A program made the translations under genes and the position numbers. The notes beneath the pieces are model-generated. The model did not search any database, had not been told where the DNA came from, and saw only the letters and a program-made list of their open reading frames with translations. Below are positions 13,077 through 24,490 of a stretch of DNA of 64,000 nucleotides, piece after piece. The first letter of the stretch is position 1, and every line of letters starts with the position of its first letter. The stretch lies in assembly GCF_963853765.1 (NCBI RefSeq), contig NC_088853.1, positions 21,948,001 to 22,012,000 on the forward strand. The letters run 5' to 3'. Source of the DNA: Magallana gigas (lineage: Eukaryota).

Positions 13077-14199
13077 TGAAACAGTGCTGGTTCTATACTT
13101 AATATATAACACTGTATAAGGTTCTGGACATCCCTTTATTATTGCGATTACAGATATAATAAATAGATAACAGATAAATAAATGAATGAATGCCCTGAAA
13201 TGAAATATAACAATAGTAAGTGATATGTATAAAATACATTATGGACACAGTTATATTTTACTCTTATTAAAGGGCAATAACTCTTATATGTAATTATACA
13301 TGTAATTACACATCTTATCCATACAGATCATAAAAAATGCTTTACAGCTATATATGAGATGTCTTTAAATTTGACATACGTTATAATAATAATGATAAAA
13401 CATAATCCATACCATTCATATGGGAATGGGCAGTCCCACGCCCTATGAGTGTGCACTTTGCTATTATAGCTTACACANNNNNNNNNNNNNNNNNNNNNNN
13501 NNNNNNNNNNNNNNNNNNNNNNNNNNNNNNNNNNNNNNNNNNNNNNNNNNNNNNNNNNNNNNNNNNNNNNNNNNNNNNNNNNNNNNNNNNNNNNNNNNNN
13601 NNNNNNNNNNNNATTACTTTAAAATAAGGTTTTCACTAGTATTATCTCTAGTTCTTGAAGCTCAATATACTTTAATAAATATTCTTTTACTCAAAAATCA
13701 CTCTTACTAAGAAAGTGCAAAAGGATAATTAGATTTGCTAAATTACAGGATATGTACCATTAATTAAATATTAGCACTTCTGTTATGGTTAGAAATATAA
13801 TGAATGTTAGCTTACCAATATGAGATGAAGTAAAGTCTATACGTATCAAGGTCTTTCTAAGTCGTAAATATTAAGTCTTGTCTCCTTAGCTTTAATATGA
13901 AGAATGTCTTAAAACACAAAGAACTTCTGGAGGGAAATCCACAGACCAATGAAACCCAACTATACAAACTTAAAAACCAATAGATTCTCTCTGTAAAAAC
14001 ACACCTTTTGATTGACCATATAAGGACCATATATCCTAAGGGCCTTAATTAACTTTAGCAGGTAAACCTAGGTGTTCTACCTGGGTGATTTAATATAGAA
14101 CTACATGTATTGCTAAAATATATTATATCTTAACTAATTAATATCAAAACTGTAATTAGATTTATCAATATAATAATTAATAAATCTCATACTATTACA
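13077..14199 (-). repeat. 3' LTR (contains a 135-N gap at 13478-13612)
   Basis: Direct repeat of 21843-22886. By eye about 5 substitutions and 1 single-base indel in the readable part. Confidence 0.97.
13478..13612. other. Assembly gap (135 N); other gaps at 23938-24075, 45529-45834 and 59146-59300
   Basis: Runs of N. Confidence 1.
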
Positions 14200-14215
14200 T
14201 TCTCCCCCTCCTTTT
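14200..14215 (-). promoter_or_regulatory. Polypurine tract (plus-strand primer)
   Basis: AAAAGGAGGGGGAGAA on the minus strand, directly abutting the TG of the 3' LTR. Confidence 0.92.
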
Positions 14216-15674
14216 AAAATGATGTCTGCATCATTTCAAAAAGAAACTTACTCAAATATAATTTCTTCCGTTGTACCCATCTGAAAATAAACTGGAGTAT
14301 AAAACATGTATTTACAATTAAAAAAATGTAGTCATCAGTCAGCAACTTCAGCAATGTGGAGGAAGTCTCCTTATCCAATTTGCTGGCTTTGTCAGCTATC
14401 TGTGAAAAAAATAAAGCCTTATCTCTCCACTTACTGGACTGAATTTGGTTACAAATGTAACTATTCATCCAATTAGGCTTAGTCCTCGTTCGAGTTGATC
14501 GTCTTACTGGTGTTCTTTCTAGAATTTCATCAGATTCATCTTCTTGGTCTCTAACATCATTGTCAGGATCATCTACAATCTGTAAAGGAATAACAACATT
14601 ATTGTTATTTACATGTGTACTAACTTCTTGTTCATCAGTATCCGTCGACTGATTGAGAGCGTCCTCTCGCGACCCTTCTTCCAGGTTCTGGACACTATCC
14701 TGATCGTCACCAGTGACAGTGCCAGCATCACTGCTCCTCCCATCATCTAACACATCCGACTCATCACCCACTACAGGGGGTTGTCCTGCAAAATAAAAAA
14801 AGTCATTCTCTTCATCAGATTCATCTGTGTTGTGTTGATTAGGGGGTTCTTCAGCTTCTACTTTCTGATCTCTGACTGTCCGCAGTTTCTTGGTTCTGGG
14901 AGCTGGCACGGGAGAAGTTAACTTCGTCCCAATCGGCAGTAGTAGATTCCTATGAAGGACTCTGATCCTCCCCTGACCATCTTCTCTACGGACCTTAAAT
15001 ACTGGTATCTCTTTATTAGGCTGCTGCAAGATGATATATGGATGATCTTCCCATCGATCCTGAATTTTGTGTTTTCCGTCAAAACTCACTACTTTGACCA
15101 AAACTCTATCACCCTCTACTAAGGTAACTCCTCGGACCCTGGTGTCATAGTGACATTTCTGTCTGGCTTGAGAGTTCTTGTTAGCGGTTTCTGCCAGTTT
15201 ATATGCTTCTTGTAGATTCTGTTTTAAATTTTCTATATAAACTGGCATAGAGTTTGACTGTGTATTCCTATTTATACCAAAAACTAAATCAACTGGAAGG
15301 TTAGGCTCTCTACCAAACATTAAATAGTAAGGTGAAAATCCAGTAGAGTCATGGGCTGTACAGTTGTATGCATGAACCAGAGGATAGATGTAATTTCTCC
15401 AGTTGTGTTCCTGCTCTGGATCTAGAGTGCCTAACATGGAAATAAGAGTTCTGTTAAAACGCTCTGTAATTCCATTGCCCATTGGATGGTACGGTGTAGT
15501 CCTTGATTTTGAAATTCCAGTAATTTTACAAAGTTCTGTGATGATCTTGCTGCAGAAGTTTGCTCCTTGGTCGGAATGAAGTCTTTGCGGGAGGCCATAG
15601 TGAACAACAAAATGATTGAAAATGGCATCAGCTGTCGTCTTGGCAGTCTGATTCTTCGTTGGCACTGCAACCGC
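14214..15674 (-). pseudogene. pol: Gypsy pol, C-terminal part: integrase catalytic core remainder plus an acidic low-complexity tail
   Basis: AVAVPTKNQTA...HSDQGANF (second Asp)...NGITERFNRTL (Glu)...PYYLMFGREP. In frame with the upstream RT-RH ORF but separated from it by TAG at 15675-15677. Confidence 0.93.
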
Positions 15675-17720
15675 CTATTTGGTAAAGTGATCTGTAAGAA
15701 CTAAAATGTTCTGAATGTTCCCTTTGGATGGTTCCAAGGTCATAAAATCCATACACACCATCTCTAGTGGTTGGGTAGTGGTGACACTCACAAGTTCAGC
15801 CCTCTGGTTGTTGGGTGTCTTAAACTTAATACATCTGTCACATTCATCAATCCACTGTGTGATATCTGCATGCATCTTCGGCCAGTAAAATCTCTCTCTG
15901 ACTAAGGAAAAAGTCCTGTCACGACCAGGATGACCCATGTCATTGTGCAGATACTGTAAGACAAGATGACTAACCTCTCTAGGTATGACATACTGATACT
16001 TGTCTTCAGGTGTCTTGATCTGTCGAATAAGGAGGTCATCTTTGATCCCTAGTCTCTTAAAGTTCTGGTGTAGAATGGCTTCGAACTCATTCCTAGCGGT
16101 ATTTGGACTTGGTTTTTCACCATCTCTGATGAGTTGTGTCACTGATGATATAACCTCATCTTCCATTTGCAATTTCTTCAGGTCAATGTGTCTTCCATCT
16201 AGATTGGGGAAAGTTGTCTGTAGTTGCTGACAGCTGGCTGGAGATGCTGGAAGAGTAATAATGTACGACTGCTTCTCTCCTATAGCCGTGATGGCTCTAA
16301 TGACATCTGCATCTAATGTTTCTCTGTCAGTCTTACCTGGCAATCTAGACAATAGATCGGCATCAGTATTCATCTTACCTGGCTTATACGTGATGCTGAA
16401 ATTGTAAGATGATAACGAAGCAATCCATCGATGACCGGTAGCATCCAGCTTAGCAGTGGTGAGCACATACGTCAGAGGGTTGTTATCCGTAAATACAGCA
16501 AACTTGGCTCCGGTCAGATAGTCTGAAAACTTTTCAGTGACTGACCACTTTAAAGCTAAAAACTCAAGTTTGTGTATCGGATAATTCCGCTCTGACTTGC
16601 TGAAACCTCTACTAGCATAAGCGATGACCCTCTTGGCTCCATCCTGTTCCTGGTAGAGAACAGCACCAAGCCCACTCATACTAGCATCTGTATGTAGTTC
16701 GAAGGGCTTGGTGAAGTCAGGGTAGCCAAGAATGGGTGCTGTTGTCAGTCTTTCCTTTAGAGTGCTGAAGGCTTTGTCTTGCTCTTTACCCCAATTCCAT
16801 GAAGGTGGAGGCACTCTCTGTTTTCCTCTAGCTTTTTTTCCGACAGCCATGATGTCAATCAGTGGTCTTGCTATCTTGGAAAAATTCTTGATGAACTTCC
16901 TATAGTATCCAGCAAATCCAAGGAATTGTCGGACATGTTCAGGGTTTGTCGGGATAGGCCAGTGTTCCACTTTCTCTATCTTGTCCGGATCAGCCTGTAC
17001 CCCTTCCTCGGAAATAATATGTCCGATGTACTTGACCTTCTTCATCAGAAAATGACACTTCTTGGGAGACAACTTCGAACCAAACCTCCGAAATCGATCA
17101 AAAATCAACTTGAGGCGGTCAAAATGCTCCTCAATAGATCTTGAAAAAATGATGACATCATCTAGGTAGATAAAACAGGACTTAAGATGTAAATCTCCCA
17201 GGCATTCTTCTTGAAATCGCTGATAAGTAGCTGGTGCATTTACAAGTCCGAAGGGCATCTTGTTGAATTCAAAGAACCCAAGAGGCCCAACGGTAAATGC
17301 GGTGCGCTGCTTGTGTTCCTCAAATATCTCAATCTGGTGATATCCAGATTTCATGTCTAGTACCGTGAAGTAGCGATTACCGGACAGTGAATCTAAAATC
17401 TCATCTATCCGTGGCAAAGCATAGTTATCTCTGATAGTACGAGAGTTCAACTGCCGGTAATCTACACACATTCGCAGGGACCCATCGTGTTTCCGGACCA
17501 ATACAACGTTGGAGGAAAAGGGAGAATGAGATGTCCTAATTACTCCACTAGCAAGTAGTTCCTTGACATGGGTCCTCACTTCCTCGATCATGGATGGTGG
17601 TATCCGACGGTATCTCTGCTTGAACGGTGTTGGGTCAGATAATTCTATATGATGCTGGACCTTGTCTGTTGTTCCGATGTCGGTTGCCCCTGTGGAAAAA
17701 ATATATTGGTACTTACCTAT
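15675..17720 (-). pseudogene. pol: Gypsy pol, middle part: reverse transcriptase, RNase H, integrase HHCC finger and first catalytic Asp
   Basis: RMCVDYRQLN, DMKSGYHQI, MPFGLVNAPATYQ, IYLDDVII (RT); HTDASMSGLGAVL, LEFLALKW, TDNNPL, DADLLSR (RNase H); HNDMGH...CDRC, CMDFM (integrase). The frame extends upstream of the listed Met as IGKYQYIFSTGATDIG...PFKQRYRRIP. Confidence 0.95.
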
Positions 17721-18652
17721 AAGACTTCTACATCTGTCTGTTCCTCATCTGTAAGTAGATCACCGATGTTGATCTTATCCAAGATATTTTCGAGCTTGCT
17801 GGGTACTGAATCAGTAGATGGTAACTCTGCCAGATAAACTGGCTGCATCTCGCAAATCAATGCTTTGGGAGGGACTGATACAGTCCTAGTAGTGACATTG
17901 GTTATCTCTACAGATATAGATGATGTACCATTATAGTCATAATAATGTAGAGATGGTGTTACATCTAGATCGGGAGGAATGCAGGAGTTGGATGTAGACT
18001 GCAACATGGACAGAACTTTATGATAGGGAAGCTTCTTGTCCATGTATGCATCAAGCGCAACTCTACTGTTTGGTGGAATCAAGACTCTAGTTGCTTCAGC
18101 TAGCTTAAGCACTGCTAGACGATTCCCATTCCTCTGTAACTGTCTCTCCCTTAATGTTAAACATCTGAAAGCCAAATAAAATGGAGCATGCACATCAGCA
18201 TCTTGTAGGAATCTAGATCCATATTCGTCTCTTAAAATGTCTAATAGCCGATTCAAAATGTTTGTGCCAATTAAAATTGGAACTCTTGTATTATAATCAA
18301 TGTCTGGAACAATCAAAAAGAGGCAGTCTCGTAAAACATCAGTGGAAGGTAAACCACAAGTGGCAAAATTAACTGACACATATCCAAGATAGGGCAAAGC
18401 TTGTCCATCAGCACACTCTACTTCCAACTGTTCTCCTATAGGCAAGAGCTGAGTAGTGTGGGCCAAGTAGGAGTCATAAAATGACTTTGATATAGTAGAC
18501 ACAGTAGCACCAGTATCCAATAATGCTAAACATTCTGTGTCGTTAATTGCCACAAGAGCCTCATTTGATGTTCCGACTAATTCTTGGTAAATGGGACTTT
18601 TGTACCTTTGGTCAGATCCTTGTCCCTGGGATTTGACCACCTGGCGTTTAAA
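17717..18652 (-). pseudogene. pol: Gypsy pol, N-terminal part: aspartic protease, entered by -1 frameshift from gag
   Basis: CLALLDTGATVSTIS active-site motif and ILIGTNIL. Ends at TAG 17717-17719 because of an apparent 1-bp deletion near 17728. Confidence 0.92.
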
Positions 18653-19809
18653 TGATCCAATCGGACTCGACAACCTAGAGCAATATGCCCCTCTTGTCCA
18701 CATGTGTAGCAAATGACTGGATCAGATTGTTGCTTCCATTGTGGATTCGTGGGTCTGGGAGCACTGGGACCAATAGGATGTGCAGGCATTCTGTAAGTAT
18801 ATCCTGGCTGTCCCCTGCTACTAGGATGTCCTCTACGTCCTCTCTGGAAAGCTGGTCGCTGCCTGTTCCCTTGAAAAGGAGGTCTATAGTATTGCTGCTG
18901 GCTCTGAAGTTGATTGATCTGTGCCTGCAGTTCCTCAAACTTTTCATCGACAGATGTGTCAGCCTTGGAAACTGTAGCTCCCTTAGCTAAGGCCTGCTTG
19001 GGTTTGTCTGCAGTAGTCTTTGCTGGGTGTTCCATCTCTATCTTCCTCACCCCAACTCTAAATAAATCAAAGTCATGGATGGAATGGTACAAGTATCCAC
19101 AAAGATCCTTAAGTTCTCGTCTTATTCCTTTGTAGAACATGGTTTTCAGCATCTCGTTGGTGTTACGAGGAAGTACTTTTCCCAACTTCACAGCAGTATT
19201 CAGAGTTTCTTCCAAGCGGCAACTCCAAGCTGAACAAGATGCATCGTCCTTCTGTCTTGCACTATAAAATTCAGCTAAAACATCTTCCTTTTCCAAGACA
19301 TTTCCATATATACTATCCATTTTATGGAGAACCTCGTCAATGGATGCACTTACTCCTAGTCTCATGATCACATTCGCTGCTTCACCTCTGACAGAACGGC
19401 GAATGGTCTGAAGTACTGTCTCTTCACTCTTAGATTCCTTCATCAGACAGGTTACTTCATATTTCCACAAATCATATGAGACATCAGATTTCCTGTCTCC
19501 TGAGAATATGGAAATCCGGGGTTGAGGTTTGAGGTATCCAGCTTCAGAGTCTGACTTCTGCTTTGTTCCACTCTGTGGTTCAGGTTGAAGACCAGTACTG
19601 GAATTTGAAGCTGCCCAAGCTAAGAAATTCTCTGGTCTTATCTTCATCAACTTCAATGCATTCCATACTTGAGTCATGTCATCTGGAGTCATTTCCTCAC
19701 CACCTGATTCCTGTTGCTTCGCTGTCTTTTCTCCGCTAGTCTCTTCTTTAGCCATCCCTGAAGGATTACCTAATTCACTATCTGATTCTTCACCTTTGAT
19801 GTTCGGCAT
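18577..19809 (-). CDS. gag: Gypsy gag, PNMA/Arc-like capsid with a CCHC zinc knuckle (410 aa from ATG 19809)
   Basis: Open ORF: PRISIFSGD...SYDLWKYEV...IRRSVRGEAANVIMRLG...LAEFYSARQ; zinc knuckle CYTCGQEGHIALGC. The ORF-track start at 19824 is TTG; the first ATG is 19809 (MPNIKG). Confidence 0.93.
   Translation of the reverse strand: MPNIKGEESDSELGNPSGMAKEETSGEKTAKQQESGGEEMTPDDMTQVWNALKLMKIRPENFLAWAASNSSTGLQPEPQSGTKQKSDSEAGYLKPQPRISIFSGDRKSDVSYDLWKYEVTCLMKESKSEETVLQTIRRSVRGEAANVIMRLGVSASIDEVLHKMDSIYGNVLEKEDVLAEFYSARQKDDASCSAWSCRLEETLNTAVKLGKVLPRNTNEMLKTMFYKGIRRELKDLCGYLYHSIHDFDLFRVGVRKIEMEHPAKTTADKPKQALAKGATVSKADTSVDEKFEELQAQINQLQSQQQYYRPPFQGNRQRPAFQRGRRGHPSSRGQPGYTYRMPAHPIGPSAPRPTNPQWKQQSDPVICYTCGQEGHIALGCRVRLDHLNARWSNPRDKDLTKGTKVPFTKN
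18593..18652 (-). promoter_or_regulatory. Programmed -1 ribosomal frameshift signal: U UUA AAC slippery heptamer plus candidate H-type pseudoknot
   Basis: Heptamer at 18652-18646 is in the gag frame (CAT TTA AAC) and the -1 frame gives pol FKRQVV. A 6-nt spacer precedes stem UGGUCAAAUCC/GGAUCUGACCA; loop GGGAC is complementary to downstream GUCCC. Confidence 0.8.
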
Positions 19810-21375
19810 ATTTGATAAACACAAATAAAATAAGAGGTATACACCTAAAACAATTGATCAGGAGGGTCGTTCGTTTAGAACTAAATAAACACTGGGCTAC
19901 ATAATTCAAGGGAAAGTCTATATTTCACCTATTGAATACTCTAGACACACCTATTAAGGATATTGTAATTCAAACAGGAGGGTAGCTCTTAAATAGAACT
20001 GTAAATACTGTTGGGCAACAAACAAAAACTGAAAATAGAAATGCACTTCCGGTCTATTATGCACTTCCGGATGCAATACACAAAAGGCTATGTGAATATT
20101 GTCAATATAAATAACCTTGTAAATAAATAACCTGTGTATATCAATAATCAAGTACCTGTGGTGATGATGAGTAAACAAAACACTCTTACCTGATAAACAT
20201 TGTTCGGTTTTTGAATAATCCTAAACTACATAAATCAAAATTATAATTATTTCTGAACAAAACAAAAAATCAGCTGTTCATCTATGATATTCAGAGACTC
20301 TTAGACTTCAACGAATTTATTAGAATAAATCACTAGGAATGGACTGCGTCTGAAAAAGAATGCTATCTTTTACCTGTATGTTAATTCAAAGAACAAGTGC
20401 AAACCAAAAACCTTGAATAACTATTGAAATGGTTATAGGTAAACTAAATCGTAATTTTCGTTGCTTTCGTTAACTCGCTTCCGGTGTAAAACGGATTATA
20501 CGGATATCGAGCTCGATCGGATTGCGCAACCAAGGAAACGATCCCGAGCTAAAAAAAAATTGAACCCGATGCGAAATCTACAGCTAACGTAAATAAATAG
20601 CAAATTAACTATATCTTAAATTAAGTAAATTTTACAGGTAAAATAAAAATAATTTGTAACTGAACCTTTTTTTTTTTAGTAGAACACCTCACTGACTTTA
20701 AAACAAACTGATGTAAATCCTCCAAATAAGGACCAAACAACCAACTCTATTCAATCAATGCCAATATATAACTGATCACAATTTACTTCAATATAGTAAC
20801 AGTAAACGTCGTGTCAATAAGTCAACGTTGATCAGTCAAAGAAATAGAAGTAATATCTATATACTATACTCAGGTGAATTTGACAATTAGTAATAATGGG
20901 ATATCTGGATCTTGGAATGGTGCTGCGCGATATGATACCTCACTTACCAAGTTCTTGCACACACGTATGGAATAATTCTGAATAAATTCAAAATAAGTTG
21001 ACAATTATGAATACCTCAACTGATTTATCTGTATGGAATTTCTAATTAACTATGTTACTTAATTAAATCCCCAAAATACTGCAGCTGAATAATACACCGA
21101 TTGCAATCTATATAGTCAATAGTAATACCGGCACAATTATTTTGAACACAAATAATATAAATTGCCAACATTTTGCATGACATATGGAATGAAACTGGCC
21201 AAAAATAGAAAAATATGGTACCATTCAAACACTCAACGATCGGTTGATCAGTACAGACTGTAGTCACGTGACGTATACAAACACAAAATACACAATCACA
21301 TCACAGATGAATGAACACACACAGAGACATTGAAAGCACAGACACAATGCATACAGAATATGAATTCACAGGATA

Positions 21376-21593
21376 CTGTGGAATCATTAGAATTCGTGGT
21401 GGCTCAATTTTCGTGGTATTTGTGGGTAGCTCTCACCCATGAATTTAGATCCTCAATGAAAAGTTATCATTAAAGGTATGGTTTACCTAATGAAACTGAA
21501 AACTGACTCATCCACGAAATTAGATCCCCACGAACAAGCAAAAAACCCACAATCCTCGAAAATTGGCCCCCACGAAATTAAATGATTCCACAG
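21376..21593. mobile_element. 218-bp MITE with TA TSD, nested in the retrotransposon 5' leader
   Basis: TA|CTGTGGAATCATT ... AATGATTCCACAG|TA perfect TIR; repeated internal ttcgtg(g)/ccacgaa motifs. Confidence 0.88.
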
Positions 21594-21825
21594 TATTCAC
21601 AAAATCATCCATCCGGAGCCGTGTGTATTAAACACTTGGATCATTTAGCTGTCGCAACTTGATCGTTGTATTGTACGGATATAAGGTCTACCGGTAATCG
21701 GGGAGGCAAGCTGTGCTGAGCGCGGAACACTTCCAGATGTGCATGGGTACATGTATGCGTGGCACTATAAGCACTTCTCCGTAGGGTTGCTCCAGTGGGA
21801 ATATCTGTATCACAATAAGGGATAT

Positions 21826-21841
21826 CACAACGTGGGCGCCA
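21826..21841 (-). promoter_or_regulatory. Primer-binding site, tRNA-Lys-like
   Basis: TGGCGCCCACGTTGTG 1 nt inside the 5' LTR. The first 9 nt match the tRNA-Lys(1,2)-type PBS TGGCGCCCAACGTGGGGC. Confidence 0.75.
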
Positions 21842-21842
21842 A

Positions 21843-22886
21843 TGAAACAGTGCTGGTTCTATACTTAATATATAACACTGTATAAGGTTCTGGACATCCC
21901 TTTATTATTGCAATTACAAATATAATAAATAGATAACAGATAAATAAATGAATGAATGCCCTAAAGTGAAATATAACAATAGTAAGTGATATGTATAAAA
22001 TACATTATGGACACAGTTATATTTTACTCTTATTAAAGGGCAATAACTCTTATATGTAATTATACATGTAATTACACATCTTATCCATACAGATCATAAA
22101 AATGCTTTACAGCTATATATGAGATGTCTTTAAATTTGACATACGTTATAATAATAATGATAAAACATAATCCATACCATTCATATGGGAATGGGCAGTC
22201 CCACGCCCTATGAGTGTGCACTTTGCTATTATAGCTTACACAGCAGAGACAGACACTACAAATTCTATATATATATCCATAAGTAATACTAAAATACAGA
22301 TTACTTTAAAATAAGGTTTTCACTAGTATTATCTCTAGTTCTTGAAGCTCAATATACTTTAATAAATATTCTTTTACTCAAAAATCACTCTTACTAAGAA
22401 AGTGCAAAAGGATAATTAGATTTGCTAAATTACAGGATATGTACCATTAATTAAATATTAGCACTTCTGTTATGGTTAGAAATATAATGAATGTTAGCTT
22501 ACCAATATGAGATGAAGTAAAGTCTATACGTATCAAGGTCTTTCTAAGTCGTAAATATTAAGTCTTGTCTCCTTAGCTTTAATATGAAGAATGTCTTAAA
22601 ACACAAAGAACTTCTGGAGGGAAATCCACAGACCAATGAAACCCAACTATACAAACTTAAAAACCAATAGATTCTCTCTGTAAAAACACACCTTTTGATT
22701 GACCATATAAGGACCATATATCCTAAGGGCCTTAATTAACTTTAGCAGGTAAACCTAGGTGTTCTACCTGGGTGATTAAATATAGAACTACATGTATTGC
22801 TAAAATATATTATATCTTAACTAATTAATATCAAAACTGTAATTAGATTTATCAATATAATAATTAATAAATCTCATACTATTACA
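21843..22886 (-). repeat. 5' LTR (1044 bp)
   Basis: Direct repeat of 13077-14199, TG...CA on the minus strand, adjacent to the PBS. Confidence 0.97.
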
Positions 22887-23548
22887 AAATTACGCATGAG
22901 GACTTATAAAAACATTAGACCTCCTTTAAACATTATGTCTTTAAGATGCAAATCTTTCATCATAATAATAATGACATGACATTACATAAATATAACATTA
23001 CATTATACATGGACTTGAATGCTTATATTTGCTGTTACTGACTGATCAGATACTAAACAAAATCTTGTTCCAATATATGAAGCGATGCAATATTCACTTT
23101 GTTGTTTCGTTTGTTCGAAGCGCCGCAACATTCGCCATCTGCTTTTATTTGTACGACGCGACTTAATTTAACATTGTTGTATAAGGAAATATTGATATAA
23201 ATGAAATATTTGTTGTTGTAAGATAAAAAATAAGAAAGGGGTTGGAGGAAAAATATTTCTTCTGAAAATGTATGCAAATCCGACAGTACATAAACCTTTT
23301 TTACATTCTACTGTGTTTTTCCAATCAATTCTGTGATCTTCAAATGCTTCTAATGACGAGTTTAATTTTGACGTCACAAACGTTGAACGCTGTAAACTAC
23401 AACGTTATAAGCGAAAATCAAAGTTCACGCTTGTGGCTGTTACTGTAGCTCTTCAATTAATTTTAAATTACCCTTAGGATAAGATAAGAATTTTAAGATA
23501 TAAATTACATTTGCAGACAAGGCAAGAAGTTAGAAAATGTAAATATAA

Positions 23549-23700
23549 GCATTACATCATGATTTTATGAAGTATACAGTCTCATAACTGCAGCAATGTG
23601 TGCATACACATTTTCATAACGCGCTAACGCGCGTTAGTCAATTTATATGCACACACCGCTGCAGTTAGACTGTATACTTCAAAAGATCATGATTTAATGC
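23549..23700. mobile_element. ~150-bp foldback (palindromic) MITE-like element
   Basis: Left arm gcattacatcatgattttatgaagtatacagtctcataactgcagcaatgtgtgcata matches the reverse complement of the right arm (gcattaaatcatgatcttttgaagtatacagtctaactgcagcggtgtgtgcata). No clear TSD. Confidence 0.65.
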
Positions 23701-24490
23701 AATACTAACAGTAGACGATATGACGTCACAACTAAGTTTGATTGCCAAATGTACTATTTTACTTCTTTTTTTACCGAAGTTTCAACACTGATCTCAAGAA
23801 ACGGATTCAGGGTGAATGCGTTCGAGCCGTTACTTTAATTGGATATATTCTGTACGTGAATGAATAATTTTTTATAAAATACACAAACATTCTATCAATA
23901 TTTTACAACTTAAAATAGAAAAAAAATATTTATATTCNNNNNNNNNNNNNNNNNNNNNNNNNNNNNNNNNNNNNNNNNNNNNNNNNNNNNNNNNNNNNNN
24001 NNNNNNNNNNNNNNNNNNNNNNNNNNNNNNNNNNNNNNNNNNNNNNNNNNNNNNNNNNNNNNNNNNNNNNNNNNNTAACACTTGTTCTACATTTAGAGGT
24101 ATTTTGTGTATGTTCTGATCAGGGCCTCTGGTTTTTGTTCACTGGCATTTTAAACTTATATTATCTTATAAGGATAATTTTTAAAGCCTTTTTTTATATT
24201 CAGGGGAAATTGATAAAGGTATAATTAGGAACTGTGTTTAAAAAAAAAAGAAATACGTGTTCTATCGTAACATGGCCGCTTATACGTGTATACACTACAT
24301 TCTGACGCTGGATTTAGTGTGCAAGTATTTGTTTAGATACACAAAATCAAGCGTTAAAGTCGATGTGCTGCGCTTGATCTGTGACGAAATAATTTACAGT
24401 ATTTTTTATATCTATTTTTCAAACATTTGGGAGTAGCGGTGTTCCCAACCACTGAAGGACTACAGTACCGATCAGACCCAACCTAACACC

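Larger units (their letters stand above)
13077..22886 (-). mobile_element. Full-length Ty3/Gypsy LTR retrotransposon (~9.8 kb), recent insertion
   Basis: Two ~1.04-kb LTRs reading TGTAATAG...TGTTTCA on the minus strand; 4-bp TSD AAAT (13073-13076 and 22887-22890); PBS and PPT present; domain order gag-PR-RT-RNaseH-IN is the Gypsy order. Confidence 0.98.

Noticed and set aside
15675-15677. Programmed stop-codon readthrough into integrase
   Set aside because: TAG replaces the conserved Tyr of DHFTKY by one substitution and the context (UAG GCG) is not a known readthrough motif, so a nonsense mutation or error is more likely.
16000-19135. Plus-strand ORFs antisense to gag and pol
   Set aside because: Short shadow ORFs of a coding strand with no motifs.
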